Sequence record: PZ445488.1 | Source: a phage | Direction: 5' to 3' (one strand) | Length of the DNA: 64,000 nucleotides | Shown here: positions 1-11,586 of the stretch, in pieces | Layout: each line of letters opens with the position of its first letter | Position numbering within the stretch: the stretch's first letter is position 1 | Position numbers and translations under genes: made by a program | The notes under the pieces: generated by a model | Databases searched by the model: none | Seen by the model: only the letters and a program-made list of their open reading frames with translations | What the model was told of the DNA's origin: nothing

Positions 1-1840
<1,840 letters not shown>

Positions 1841-1866
1841 AATAAAGCAAATTAAGAGGAATTAAA

Positions 1867-3849
1867 ATGTCACTTCTCTCTCCGGGCGTTGAGCTCAAAG
1901 AAACTACCGTACAGAGTACTGTAGTTAATAACTCCACTGGTACTGCTGCCCTGGCTGGAAAATTCCAATGGGGACCTGCATTCCAGATTAAACAAATCAC
2001 TGATGAAGTTGCATTGGTTGATATGTTTGGTACTCCTAATACGGATACAGCAGATTATTTCATGTCTGCTATGAACTTCCTTCAATATGGTAATGACCTT
2101 CGTGTTGTACGCGCAGTTGATCGTGATACTGCTAAGAACTCATCTCCTGTAGCAGGCAATATTGAATTCACAATCTCTGCTGCTGGTAGTAACTATGCAG
2201 TTGGTGATAAAATTATCGTTAAGTATTTGACCGAAACTGTTGAAGCAGATGGTTATGTCACTTCAGTTGATGTCGATGGTAAAATTCTTAACATTTATAT
2301 CCCAACCGGTAAAATTATTGCTCGTGCAAAAGAAATTAATGAATATCCTGCATTGGGTTCTAACTGGACCGCCGAAGTTGCCAGTTCTTCTTCTGGACTT
2401 TCTGGCGTTATTACAATTGGTTCTATCGTAACCGATTCAGGTATTCTGTTAACTGAAGTTGAAACTTCTGAAGAAGCTATTACTTCTCTAACTTTCCAAG
2501 AATCTATTAAAAAATATGGTGTCCCAGGCGTAGTTGCTCTTTATCCTGGTGAACTTGGCGACCAGCTCGAAATTGAAATCGTATCTAAAGCAGACTATGA
2601 CAAAGGTGCTTCAGCTCAGTTAAAAATTTATCCTGATGGTGGTACTCGTGCATCTACTGCTAAAGCAATCTTTGGATATGGCCCACAAACTGATGACCAA
2701 TATGCAATTATCGTTCGTCGTAACGATGCTGTAGTCCAGAGCGTAGTTCTTTCTACTAAACGCGGTGAACGCGATATTTATGGTAGTAATATCTTTATTG
2801 ATGATTTCTTTGCTAAAGGCGCAAGCAATTATATTTTCGCTACGGCACAAGGTTGGCCAAAAGGTTTCTCTGGCGTAATCAAACTGGGTGGTGGCTTATC
2901 ATCTAATGAAACGGTTGACGCCGGTGATTTAATGGAAGCTTGGGATTTGTTTGCTGACCGCGAATCTGTTAATGCGCAGTTGTTTATTGCCGGTTCTTGT
3001 GCAGGTGAATCTTTAGAAGTTGCTTCTACAGTTCAGAAACATGTTGTAGCAATTGGTGATTCTCGTCAAGATTGCTTGGTTCTTTGCTCACCGCCACGTT
3101 CAACTATAGTCGGTATTCCTGTTAATCGTGCAGTTGATAATCTGGTCGATTGGCGTACTGCATCAGGAACTTACACTGATAATAACTTTAATGTAAGTTC
3201 TACTTATGCTGCTATTGATGGTAACTATAAATATCAATATGACAAATATAATGACGTGAATCGTTGGGTTCCGTTAGCTGCTGATATTGCAGGTCTTTGT
3301 GCTCGCACAGACAATATTTCTCAGCCTTGGATGTCTCCGGCCGGTTATAACCGTGGACAAATTCTTAACGTTATTAAGCTTGCAATTGAAACTCGTCAAC
3401 CACAACGTGATCGTTTGTATCAGGAAGCTATTAACCCTGTTACTGGTACCGGCGGTGATGGATATGTTCTGTATGGTGATAAAACTGCCACTTCCGTTCC
3501 TTCACCATTTGACCGTATTAACGTTCGTCGTTTGTTCAATATGGTTAAAACGAACATTGGTTCAGCATCTAAATATCGCCTGTTTGAATTGAACAACGCA
3601 TTTACCCGTTCTTCTTTCCGTACAGAGACTTCTCAATATCTACAGGGTATTAAAGCTCTCGGTGGTGTATATAACTTTAAAGTTGTTTGTGATACTACCA
3701 ATAACACCCCAGCAGTTATCGACCGTAATGAATTTGTAGCTACTTTCTACTTACAACCTGCCCGCTCGATAAATTATATTACGTTGAACTTTGTAGCAAC
3801 AGCAACTGGTGCCGATTTCGACGAACTGATTGGTGCTGTAGGTGGTTAA
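1867..3849 (+). CDS. 18: tail sheath protein (gp18)
   Basis: 660-aa ORF; N-terminus MSLLSPGVELKETTVQST and length match T4 gp18 (659 aa) as recalled. Confidence 0.95.
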   Translation: MSLLSPGVELKETTVQSTVVNNSTGTAALAGKFQWGPAFQIKQITDEVALVDMFGTPNTDTADYFMSAMNFLQYGNDLRVVRAVDRDTAKNSSPVAGNIEFTISAAGSNYAVGDKIIVKYLTETVEADGYVTSVDVDGKILNIYIPTGKIIARAKEINEYPALGSNWTAEVASSSSGLSGVITIGSIVTDSGILLTEVETSEEAITSLTFQESIKKYGVPGVVALYPGELGDQLEIEIVSKADYDKGASAQLKIYPDGGTRASTAKAIFGYGPQTDDQYAIIVRRNDAVVQSVVLSTKRGERDIYGSNIFIDDFFAKGASNYIFATAQGWPKGFSGVIKLGGGLSSNETVDAGDLMEAWDLFADRESVNAQLFIAGSCAGESLEVASTVQKHVVAIGDSRQDCLVLCSPPRSTIVGIPVNRAVDNLVDWRTASGTYTDNNFNVSSTYAAIDGNYKYQYDKYNDVNRWVPLAADIAGLCARTDNISQPWMSPAGYNRGQILNVIKLAIETRQPQRDRLYQEAINPVTGTGGDGYVLYGDKTATSVPSPFDRINVRRLFNMVKTNIGSASKYRLFELNNAFTRSSFRTETSQYLQGIKALGGVYNFKVVCDTTNNTPAVIDRNEFVATFYLQPARSINYITLNFVATATGADFDELIGAVGG

Positions 3850-3862
3850 TAAGACGCCTGAT

Positions 3863-3880
3863 GGGCTATTTCGGTAGCCC
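3863..3880 (+). terminator. hairpin GGGCTA-TTTCG-GTAGCCC downstream of gene 18
   Basis: perfect inverted repeat directly after the gene 18 stop; it is not followed by a long T-run, so it may only attenuate. Confidence 0.4.
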
Positions 3881-3881
3881 A

Positions 3882-3889
3882 TATAAATA
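3882..3889 (+). promoter_or_regulatory. T4-type late promoter TATAAATA upstream of gene 19
   Basis: exact TATAAATA about 70 nt upstream of the gene 19 ATG. Confidence 0.6.
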
Positions 3890-3961
3890 TACTATATCGT
3901 TTAAAAATTAATTCTATGGGCATCCGGTTAATCCTAAGCCCATATTACTACAGAGGCTAAT

Positions 3962-4453
3962 ATGTTTGTAGATGACGTAACTCGTGCCTTCGAATCTGGT
4001 GATTTCGCTCGCCCTAACCTGTTCGAAGTAGAAATCTCTTATCTTGGGCAAAACTTTAGCTTCCAGTGTCGTGCTACGGCTCTTCCTGCTGCGATCGTTG
4101 AAAAGGTTCCTGTTTCTTATATGAACCGTAAAATTAACGTGGCTGGTGATCGTACATTTGATGATTGGACTATTACAATAATGAACGATGATGCTCATAG
4201 CATTCGTCAGAAATTTGTTGATTGGCAAGGTATTGCAGCAGGACAAGGTAATGAAATTACCGGTGGTAAACCTGCTGAATATAAAAAGACTGCTATCGTT
4301 CGTCAATTTGCTCGTGATGCTAAAACGGTCACTAAAGAAGTTGAAATTGTTGGCTTGTGGCCTACTAACGTTGGCGAAGTATCTCTTGACTGGGACAGTA
4401 ATAACGAGATTGAAACGTTCGAAGTAACTCTTGCTCTTGATTGGTGGGAATAA
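3962..4453 (+). CDS. 19: tail tube protein (gp19)
   Basis: 163-aa ORF; matches T4 gp19 (163 aa) as recalled. Confidence 0.95.
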   Translation: MFVDDVTRAFESGDFARPNLFEVEISYLGQNFSFQCRATALPAAIVEKVPVSYMNRKINVAGDRTFDDWTITIMNDDAHSIRQKFVDWQGIAAGQGNEITGGKPAEYKKTAIVRQFARDAKTVTKEVEIVGLWPTNVGEVSLDWDSNNEIETFEVTLALDWWE

Positions 4454-4460
4454 TTTGGTT

Positions 4461-4474
4461 GGGGAGAAATCCCC
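4461..4474 (+). terminator. hairpin GGGGA-GAAA-TCCCC after gene 19
   Basis: 5-bp GC stem with GAAA tetraloop just after the gene 19 stop. Confidence 0.35.
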
Positions 4475-4501
4475 AGCTTCCCGTGATGACGGAGAAGTCC
4501 A

Positions 4502-4509
4502 TATAAATA
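4502..4509 (+). promoter_or_regulatory. T4-type late promoter TATAAATA upstream of gene 20
   Basis: exact TATAAATA about 28 nt upstream of the gene 20 ATG. Confidence 0.6.
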
Positions 4510-4537
4510 TAACTATAATTCCCATTCGGAGAATACA

Positions 4538-6109
4538 ATGAAATTTAATATCTTAAGTTTGTTTGCTCCATGGGCAAAAATGGACGAACGTGATTACAAA
4601 GACCAAGAAAAAGAAAATTTAGAATCGATCACCTCACCAAAATTAGATGACGGCGCTAAAGAATACGAAGTATCTGAAAATGAAGCACAGCAAACATATA
4701 ATGCTATGTTTCAGAGAATGTTCGGTAGCCAAGAACCAGGGCTCAAATCAACACGTGAATTAATCGATACGTATCGAAATTTGATGACGAACTATGAAGT
4801 GGATAATGCAGTCTCTGAAATAGTTTCTGATGCTATCGTATATGAAGATGATACAGAAGTCGTTTCTATAAATTTAGACAACACAAAATTTAGTCCAAAT
4901 ATCAAATCAATGATGTTGGATGAATTTAACGAAGTGTTAAATCATTTATCTTTCCAACGTAAAGGTTCAGACCATTTTAGACGTTGGTACGTAGATTCTC
5001 GAATTTTCTTCCATAAAATTATTGACCCTAAACGCCCTAAAGAAGGTATTAAAGAGCTTCGTCGTTTAGACCCACGTCAAGTTCAATATGTCCGTGAAGT
5101 TATTACAACCACTGAAGCTGGTGTTAAAATAGTCAAGGGTTATAAAGAATATTTCATTTATGACACATCACACGAATCTTATGCTTGTGATGGTCGCATA
5201 TATGAAGCTGGCACAAAAATAAAAATCCCTAAAGCCGCGATTGTTTATGCCCATTCTGGTTTAGTTGATTGTTGTGGTAAAAATATCATTGGTTATTTGC
5301 ATCGGGCTATTAAGCCGGCGAACCAATTAAAACTTCTTGAAGATGCCGTCGTAATTTATCGTATTACTCGTGCTCCTGATCGTCGTGTATGGTACGTTGA
5401 TACAGGTAATATGCCTTCAAGAAAAGCAGCAGAACATATGCAACATGTTATGAATACTATGAAAAACCGTATTGCATATGATGCCACTACAGGCAAGATT
5501 AAAAACCAGCAGCATATTATGTCGATGACCGAAGATTATTGGTTACAACGACGTGATGGTAAAGCAGTAACAGAAGTTGATACATTACCGGGTGCAGATA
5601 ATACTGGAAATATGGAAGATGTACGTTGGTTCCGTAATGCGCTTTATATGGCTTTACGTATTCCTATTACCCGTATTCCAAGTGACCAAGGTGGTATACA
5701 GTTTGATGCTGGTACTTCTATTACACGAGATGAATTGTCATTTGGTAAATTTATTCGTGAGCTGCAACATAAATTTGAAGAGATATTCCTAGACCCGCTT
5801 AAAACTAATTTAATTCTTAAAGGAATTATTACAGAAGATGAGTGGAATGATGAAATAAATAATATTAAGATAAAATTTCATCGGGATAGTTATTTCTCGG
5901 AATTAAAGGATGCTGAGATTCTGGAGCGTCGCATTAATATGCTTCAGATGGCCGAACCATTTATTGGTAAATATATTTCTCACAGAACAGCTATGAAAGA
6001 TATTCTTCAGATGTCTGACGAGGAAATTGAACAAGAGGCTAAGCAAATTGAAGAAGAGTCGAAAGAGGCTCGTTTCCAAGACCCCGACCAAGAACAAGAG
6101 GATTTTTAA
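4538..6109 (+). CDS. 20: portal vertex protein (gp20)
   Basis: 523-aa ORF; matches T4 gp20 (524 aa) as recalled. Confidence 0.95.
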   Translation: MKFNILSLFAPWAKMDERDYKDQEKENLESITSPKLDDGAKEYEVSENEAQQTYNAMFQRMFGSQEPGLKSTRELIDTYRNLMTNYEVDNAVSEIVSDAIVYEDDTEVVSINLDNTKFSPNIKSMMLDEFNEVLNHLSFQRKGSDHFRRWYVDSRIFFHKIIDPKRPKEGIKELRRLDPRQVQYVREVITTTEAGVKIVKGYKEYFIYDTSHESYACDGRIYEAGTKIKIPKAAIVYAHSGLVDCCGKNIIGYLHRAIKPANQLKLLEDAVVIYRITRAPDRRVWYVDTGNMPSRKAAEHMQHVMNTMKNRIAYDATTGKIKNQQHIMSMTEDYWLQRRDGKAVTEVDTLPGADNTGNMEDVRWFRNALYMALRIPITRIPSDQGGIQFDAGTSITRDELSFGKFIRELQHKFEEIFLDPLKTNLILKGIITEDEWNDEINNIKIKFHRDSYFSELKDAEILERRINMLQMAEPFIGKYISHRTAMKDILQMSDEEIEQEAKQIEEESKEARFQDPDQEQEDF

Positions 6110-6345
6110 TGGACGATTTAATTCAAGCTATTAAATCAAACGACCTCGTTGCTACTCGAAAGTTTTTTGAAAGTGCAATGGCAGAAAAAACGGTTCGTTT
6201 GATTGAAGCACGCAAAGCAGAAATCGCTTCTCAATTTTTGATTGAAGGCGAAGAACCTGAAGAAGAAAAGAAAGCTAAAGCTTCGGAAGACGACGCTGAT
6301 GAAGGCGATGACGACGAAGACGAAGATGATGAGGACGATGAATAA
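6109..6345 (+). CDS. 67: prohead core protein (gp67)
   Basis: 78-aa ORF with poly-Asp/Glu C-terminal tail, start overlapping the gene 20 stop; position and composition as in T4 gp67. Confidence 0.8.
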   Translation: MDDLIQAIKSNDLVATRKFFESAMAEKTVRLIEARKAEIASQFLIEGEEPEEEKKAKASEDDADEGDDDEDEDDEDDE

Positions 6346-6770
6346 TGTATCTTATCCCTGAATCTTATGAATTGGTACTCGAAAATGTCGAAGCACTTAT
6401 TCCTGAAGCACAGGGCCGAATCGATGCATTGTCTTCTGCTCTCGATATTGACGATATAAATACTATTATCGAGAACATGCTTGAAACTGAAACGGATTTA
6501 GCTGTTGCAATGGCTTCCATTATTAATGAAGAACAGTTAAATGAGTTTATCGTTAAACATGTTTCTTCTCGTGGTGAAGTCACCCGCACTAAAGACCGTA
6601 AAACTCGTGAACGTAACGCGTTCCAAACAACCGGTCTTTCTAAAGCAAAACGTAGACAAATCGCTCGTAAGGTCGTTAAAGCTAAAAAAGCTAACCCTTC
6701 AGGCCAAGTTAAAGGCTTGCGTAAGCGTAAAAAAGCTCTTAAACGTCGTAAAGCATTAGGATTAAGCTAA
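6345..6770 (+). CDS. 68: prohead core protein (gp68)
   Basis: 141-aa ORF with basic Lys/Arg-rich C-terminus; T4 gp68 position, translationally coupled to neighbours. Confidence 0.8.
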   Translation: MYLIPESYELVLENVEALIPEAQGRIDALSSALDIDDINTIIENMLETETDLAVAMASIINEEQLNEFIVKHVSSRGEVTRTKDRKTRERNAFQTTGLSKAKRRQIARKVVKAKKANPSGQVKGLRKRKKALKRRKALGLS

Positions 6771-7411
6771 TGAATAAACCCGAGTTACTTATTGAAACTT
6801 GGGGTCAACCCGGTGAGATTATTGATGGCGTTCCAATGTTGGAATCTCATGATGGAAAAGATTCTGGCTTAAAACCAGGGCTTTATATAGAAGGTATTTT
6901 TCTTCAGGCAGAGGTTGTTAACCGAAATAAACGTTTATATCCTAAACGCGTTTTGGAAAAAGCAGTAAGTGACTATATTAAAGAACAAGTCGCAACCAAA
7001 CAAGCCCTTGGAGAATTAAACCATCCACCTCGCGCAAATGTTGACCCTATGCAAGCCGCTATCATTATTGAAGATATGTGGTGGAAAGGAAACGATGTAT
7101 ATGGACGCGCTAGAATTATTGAAGGCGACCATGGTCCCGGTGATAAATTAGCTGCTAATATACGAGCTGGTTGGATTCCAGGTGTTTCCTCTCGTGGTCT
7201 TGGTTCTTTAACCGACACCAATAAAGGGTACCGTATCGTGAACGAAGGGTTTAAATTAACCGTCGGTGTAGATGCCGTATGGGGACCTTCTGCTCCAGAT
7301 GCTTGGGTTACTCCTAAACAAATATCAGAATCAGAAAATTCGGTGGAAATCACCAAAAACAGTGCTGATGAAGCATTTAAAGCTCTCGCAGAGAGTTTAA
7401 AAGCATTATAA
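6770..7411 (+). CDS. 21: prohead core protease (gp21)
   Basis: 213-aa ORF; matches T4 gp21 (212 aa) as recalled. Confidence 0.92.
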   Translation: MNKPELLIETWGQPGEIIDGVPMLESHDGKDSGLKPGLYIEGIFLQAEVVNRNKRLYPKRVLEKAVSDYIKEQVATKQALGELNHPPRANVDPMQAAIIIEDMWWKGNDVYGRARIIEGDHGPGDKLAANIRAGWIPGVSSRGLGSLTDTNKGYRIVNEGFKLTVGVDAVWGPSAPDAWVTPKQISESENSVEITKNSADEAFKALAESLKAL

Positions 7412-7414
7412 ATA
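7407..7414 (+). promoter_or_regulatory. T4-type late promoter TATAAATA upstream of gene 22
   Basis: exact TATAAATA overlapping the gene 21 stop, about 30 nt upstream of the gene 22 ATG. Confidence 0.6.
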
Positions 7415-7444
7415 ATAATGTAATCTAAACCACAGGACACTAAA

Positions 7445-8257
7445 ATGATCAAAGAACAACTTTTGAAAGAAGCTCAGAATATCGAGACTTCAGTTGCTCT
7501 TAATAGTGTTTTCGAATCAGTAGAACTGTCTCCGGACGTTAAAGCTAATTTCAGCACTGTATTCGAAGCCACCGTTAAGCAGGAAGCAGTCAAACTAGCT
7601 GAATCTCATATCAAAGCTATCGCCGAAAAAGCCGAAGAAGAAGTTGAAAAGGCTAAAGAAGATGCTGAAGAGAAAGCTGATAAAAAATTGGCTGAACAAG
7701 CTTCTAAATTCCTGGACCATCTTGCAAAAGAATGGCTCGCAGAAAACCAAATCGCAGTTGATAAAGGCATTAAAGCTGATTTGTTCGAATCCATGCTTGG
7801 TGGTCTGAAAGAACTGTTTGTTGAACATAACGTTGTTGTTCCAGAAGAATCTGTAGATGTTGTAGCAGAAATGGAAGAAGAGCTGGCCGAACATAAAGAA
7901 GAAACCGCTCGTTTGTTCGAAGAAGTTACCAAACGTGATGCATATATCAATTACGTTCAGCGTGAAACCGCTATTAATGAAAGCGTAAAAGACCTGACTG
8001 AATCTCAGAAAGAAAAAGTTATTGGCCTGGTTGAAGGTATGGATTATTCTGACGCATTTGGTACTAAGTTAACTGCTATTGTAGAAATGGTTAAAGGTTC
8101 TACTAAAGAAGAAGCCGCTATTACCGAAAGTATAAATACAGTTGACAATGACGCTGCCGGTCTTAATTTTGTTGCCGAAGCAGTTGACACTACCACAACT
8201 CAGGTAGAACAGAATTCTAATGTAAGTTTATATGCGAAAGTCGCATCTCGTTTCTAA
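7445..8257 (+). CDS. 22: prohead scaffolding core protein (gp22)
   Basis: 270-aa acidic, helical, Glu/Lys-rich ORF; T4 gp22 (269 aa) position and composition. Confidence 0.9.
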   Translation: MIKEQLLKEAQNIETSVALNSVFESVELSPDVKANFSTVFEATVKQEAVKLAESHIKAIAEKAEEEVEKAKEDAEEKADKKLAEQASKFLDHLAKEWLAENQIAVDKGIKADLFESMLGGLKELFVEHNVVVPEESVDVVAEMEEELAEHKEETARLFEEVTKRDAYINYVQRETAINESVKDLTESQKEKVIGLVEGMDYSDAFGTKLTAIVEMVKGSTKEEAAITESINTVDNDAAGLNFVAEAVDTTTTQVEQNSNVSLYAKVASRF

Positions 8258-8274
8258 TTTAAAGGTTAACACAA

Positions 8275-9843
8275 ATGACTACTATCAAAACTAAAGCTCA
8301 GCTCGTAGACAAATGGAAAGAACTGCTGGAAGGTGAAGGCCTGCCGGAAATCGCTAATAGCAAGCAGGCTATTATCGCTAAAATCTTCGAAAACCAGGAA
8401 AAAGATTTCGAAGTATCCCCTGAATATAAAGACGAGAAAATCGCTCAGGCATTTGGTTCTTTCTTGACCGAAGCTGAAATTGGTGGTGACCATGGTTATA
8501 ATGCTCAGAACATCGCAGCAGGTCAAACCTCTGGTGCAGTAACCCAAATTGGGCCGGCAGTTATGGGTATGGTTCGTCGTGCTATTCCTAATCTGATTGC
8601 TTTTGATATTTGTGGTGTTCAGCCTATGAACAGCCCGACCGGTCAGGTATTTGCTCTCCGTGCAGTATATGGTAAAGACCCTATCGCTGCTGGCGCTAAA
8701 GAAGCTTTCCATCCGATGTATGCCCCGGACGCGATGTTCTCTGGTCAGGGTGCTGCTAAGAAATTCCCAGCTCTGGCTGCTGACACTACTACTGTTGTAG
8801 GTGATATCTATACTCACTTCTTCCAAGAAACTGGTACTGTATATCTGCAAGCTTCTGCTGTCGTAACACTTGATTCTGGTGCAACTGATGCAGCTAAATT
8901 AGATGCAGAAGTTAAGAAACAAATGGAAGCTGGTGCACTGGTAGAAATCGCTGAAGGTATGGCTACTTCTATCGCTGAACTCCAGGAAGGTTTCAACGGT
9001 TCTACCGATAACCCATGGAATGAAATGGGCTTCCGTATCGATAAACAAGTTATCGAAGCTAAATCTCGCCAGCTGAAAGCTGCTTACTCTATCGAATTAG
9101 CACAAGACCTCCGTGCAGTACACGGTATGGATGCTGATGCTGAACTGAGCGGTATTCTGGCTACAGAAATTATGCTAGAAATCAACCGTGAAGTTGTTGG
9201 TTGGATTAACTACTCAGCACAGGTTGGTAAATCCGGTATGACCCTGACTCCGGGTTCTAAAGCTGGTGTATTTGACTTCCAGGACCCGATTGATATCCGT
9301 GGTGCTCGTTGGGCCGGTGAAAGCTTTAAATCTCTGTTGTTCCAGATTGATAAAGAAGCAGTTGAAATTGCTCGTCAAACCGGTCGTGGTGAAGGTAACT
9401 TCATTATCGCTTCCCGTAACGTAGTTAACGTACTGGCTTCAGTTGATACTGGTATTTCTTACGCTGCACAGGGTCTGGCTTCTGGTTTTAATACCGACAC
9501 TACTAAGTCTGTATTTGCCGGTGTACTTGGTGGTAAATACCGCGTATACATCGACCAGTATGCTAAACAGGATTACTTCACCGTTGGTTACAAAGGCGCT
9601 AACGAAATGGATGCAGGTATCTACTATGCTCCTTACGTTGCACTTACCCCACTGCGTGGTTCCGATCCTAAGAACTTCCAGCCGGTAATGGGCTTTAAAA
9701 CTCGTTACGGTATCGGTGTTAACCCGTTTGCTGAAAGTTCCCTGCAGGCTCCAGGTGCTCGCATCCAGTCCGGTATGCCGTCTATCCTGAACAGCCTTGG
9801 TAAGAACGCTTACTTTAGACGCGTCTACGTTAAAGGAATTTAA
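8275..9843 (+). CDS. 23: major capsid protein (gp23)
   Basis: 522-aa ORF; matches T4 gp23 (521 aa) along its length as recalled. Confidence 0.97.
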   Translation: MTTIKTKAQLVDKWKELLEGEGLPEIANSKQAIIAKIFENQEKDFEVSPEYKDEKIAQAFGSFLTEAEIGGDHGYNAQNIAAGQTSGAVTQIGPAVMGMVRRAIPNLIAFDICGVQPMNSPTGQVFALRAVYGKDPIAAGAKEAFHPMYAPDAMFSGQGAAKKFPALAADTTTVVGDIYTHFFQETGTVYLQASAVVTLDSGATDAAKLDAEVKKQMEAGALVEIAEGMATSIAELQEGFNGSTDNPWNEMGFRIDKQVIEAKSRQLKAAYSIELAQDLRAVHGMDADAELSGILATEIMLEINREVVGWINYSAQVGKSGMTLTPGSKAGVFDFQDPIDIRGARWAGESFKSLLFQIDKEAVEIARQTGRGEGNFIIASRNVVNVLASVDTGISYAAQGLASGFNTDTTKSVFAGVLGGKYRVYIDQYAKQDYFTVGYKGANEMDAGIYYAPYVALTPLRGSDPKNFQPVMGFKTRYGIGVNPFAESSLQAPGARIQSGMPSILNSLGKNAYFRRVYVKGI

Positions 9844-9872
9844 TGCTTTAACGTTAAAATACATAACCTTAT

Positions 9873-9890
9873 GGGAGACTTCGGTCTCCC
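9873..9890 (+). terminator. intrinsic terminator hairpin GGGAGAC-TTCG-GTCTCCC followed by T-run (gene 23 terminator)
   Basis: 7-bp GC-rich stem, UUCG tetraloop, then ATTTTTGG; 30 nt after the gene 23 stop. Confidence 0.75.
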
Positions 9891-9900
9891 ATTTTTGGTT

Positions 9901-10170
9901 TTATTTCTGTGCAATTTCGATGTAAGTTTTCAAAATATTTTGCCAATTAGGCATACCTTCTTGGACATATGCCGGAGAACCGTCTTTGTTTTTGAATGAT
10001 GCAAGTTTATCAGTGGCCCAATAACCTTTAGCTCGAGCTTCAGAATCAACTTTCATCCATACTTTGTTGAAGGCATTACCATTAACTTTTGCACCATATT
10101 TTTCTACTAACTTAACTGCTTCAGCTTCCAGAACTTTTAAAGTATCTCTTAAGAAACGTGCTTTAGTCAT
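9901..10170 (-). CDS. hypothetical protein, antisense early ORF between genes 23 and 24
   Basis: 89-aa ORF on the opposite strand to the late genes; SD-like GGAG upstream and a near-consensus early promoter at about 10201-10230; I recognise no homolog; sits where T4 has segD. Confidence 0.5.
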   Translation of the reverse strand: MTKARFLRDTLKVLEAEAVKLVEKYGAKVNGNAFNKVWMKVDSEARAKGYWATDKLASFKNKDGSPAYVQEGMPNWQNILKTYIEIAQK

Positions 10171-10200
10171 TTTGTTTACTCCTCTGTAGTTGATAAGTCT

Positions 10201-10230
10201 ATAGTATCACATACCAAATACGTTGTAAAC
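10201..10230 (-). promoter_or_regulatory. T4 early-type (sigma70) promoter for the antisense ORF
   Basis: minus strand reads GTTTAC - 18 nt - TACTAT, then a short 5' UTR with SD before the ATG; same architecture as other early promoters in the window. Confidence 0.55.
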
Positions 10231-10236
10231 AATCTT

Positions 10237-10244
10237 TATAAATA
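10237..10244 (+). promoter_or_regulatory. T4-type late promoter TATAAATA upstream of gene 24
   Basis: exact TATAAATA about 27 nt upstream of the gene 24 ATG. Confidence 0.6.
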
Positions 10245-10270
10245 ATCTATATCACATAAGGAAAAATGCA

Positions 10271-11554
10271 ATGAGTAAAATCCAAAAATTATTGCGTGAA
10301 TCTACAACGTCTACTAGCAACTCAATTGGTCGCCCAAATCTCGTTGCTTTGACTCGCGCTACGACTAAATTAATATATTCTGACATTGTGGCAACACAAA
10401 GAACTAATCAACCTGTTGCTGCTTTTTATGGTATTAAATATCTTAACCCAGACAACGAATTAACATTTAAAACTGGTGCTACTTATGCAGGTGAAGCTGG
10501 ATATGTAGACCGAGAAAAAATTACCGAGCTCACAGAAGAATCAAAAGTCACACTAAATAAAGGCGATTTTTTCAAATATAATAATATCGTCTATAAAGTG
10601 TTAGAAGATACACCGTTTGCAGATATTCAGGAAAGTGATCTAGAATTAGCTCTTCAGATTGCGGTCGTTCATTTAAAGGTACGGTTATTTTCAGATGCAG
10701 CGGTAACAAGCAAATTTGAAAGCTCTGGTAGCGAAATTTCTGATGCAAGATTCCAGATTAATAAATGGCAAACTTCAGTCAAATCTCGTAAACTTAAAAC
10801 TGGCCTCACGGTTGAATTAGCGCAAGATTTAGAAGCGAATGGATTTGATGCCCCTAACTTCTTAGAAGATTTGCTTGCTACTGAAATGGCTGATGAAATT
10901 AATAAAGATATTCTTCAGTCTTTAATTACTGTATCGAAACGTTATAAAGTTACTGGAATTACTGACACCGGATTTATTGACTTGAGTTATGCGTCTGCTC
11001 CGGAAGCAGGTCGTTCGTTATATCGAATGGTGTGTGAAATGGTATCACACATTCAAAAAGAGTCAACTTATACTGCAACGTTTTGCGTAGCTTCAGCTCG
11101 TGCAGCTGCTATTCTTGCTGCTTCGGGTTGGTTAAAACATAAGCCGGAAGATGATAAGTACCTTTCACAAAATGCTTATGGATTCTTGGCAAATGGATTA
11201 CCTCTTTACTGCGATACCAACAGTCCGTTAGATTATGTTATTGTGGGTGTTGTAGAAAATATCGGCGAAAAAGAGATTGTAGGGTCCATCTTTTATGCTC
11301 CATACACTGAAGGAATGGATTTAGACGACCCGGAACATGTCGGTGCATTTAAAGTTGTAGTTGATCCGGAAAGCTTACAACCGTCTATAGGTTTATTGGT
11401 TAGATATGCTTTATCAGCAAATCCTTACACAGTAGCAAAAGATGAAAAAGAAGCGAGAGTAATTGATGGCGGGGACATGGATAAAATGGCAGGACGTTCA
11501 GACTTGTCTGTTTTACTCGGTGTTAAATTGCCTAAAATTATTATAGATGAATAA
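10271..11554 (+). CDS. 24: capsid vertex protein (gp24)
   Basis: 427-aa ORF; matches T4 gp24 (427 aa) as recalled; paralog of gp23. Confidence 0.95.
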   Translation: MSKIQKLLRESTTSTSNSIGRPNLVALTRATTKLIYSDIVATQRTNQPVAAFYGIKYLNPDNELTFKTGATYAGEAGYVDREKITELTEESKVTLNKGDFFKYNNIVYKVLEDTPFADIQESDLELALQIAVVHLKVRLFSDAAVTSKFESSGSEISDARFQINKWQTSVKSRKLKTGLTVELAQDLEANGFDAPNFLEDLLATEMADEINKDILQSLITVSKRYKVTGITDTGFIDLSYASAPEAGRSLYRMVCEMVSHIQKESTYTATFCVASARAAAILAASGWLKHKPEDDKYLSQNAYGFLANGLPLYCDTNSPLDYVIVGVVENIGEKEIVGSIFYAPYTEGMDLDDPEHVGAFKVVVDPESLQPSIGLLVRYALSANPYTVAKDEKEARVIDGGDMDKMAGRSDLSVLLGVKLPKIIIDE

Positions 11555-11562
11555 ACGAAAAA

Positions 11563-11586
11563 GGGACCTTACGGTCCCTTTTTTTG
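11563..11586. terminator. bidirectional terminator hairpin GGGACC-TTAC-GGTCCC flanked by A-run and T-run
   Basis: perfect 6-bp GC stem between convergent gene 24 (+) and rnlB (-), with AAAAA upstream and TTTTTTT downstream. Confidence 0.75.

Noticed and set aside
6280-6345. GAT/GAA/GAC-rich tract (poly-Asp/Glu codons) considered as a repeat element
   Set aside because: It is the in-frame acidic C-terminal tail of the gp67 prohead core protein, a normal feature of this protein.
7595-7950. Antisense ORFs inside gene 22 (99 and 114 aa), and many similar antisense or out-of-frame track ORFs inside large genes (for example 426..668, 2620..2850, 8266..8850, 26940..27257, 44032..44349, 52915..53136, 61525..61902)
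   Set aside because: Fully embedded in well-supported genes, low-complexity or biased composition mirroring the sense-strand codon bias, no RBS or promoter; treated as spurious.
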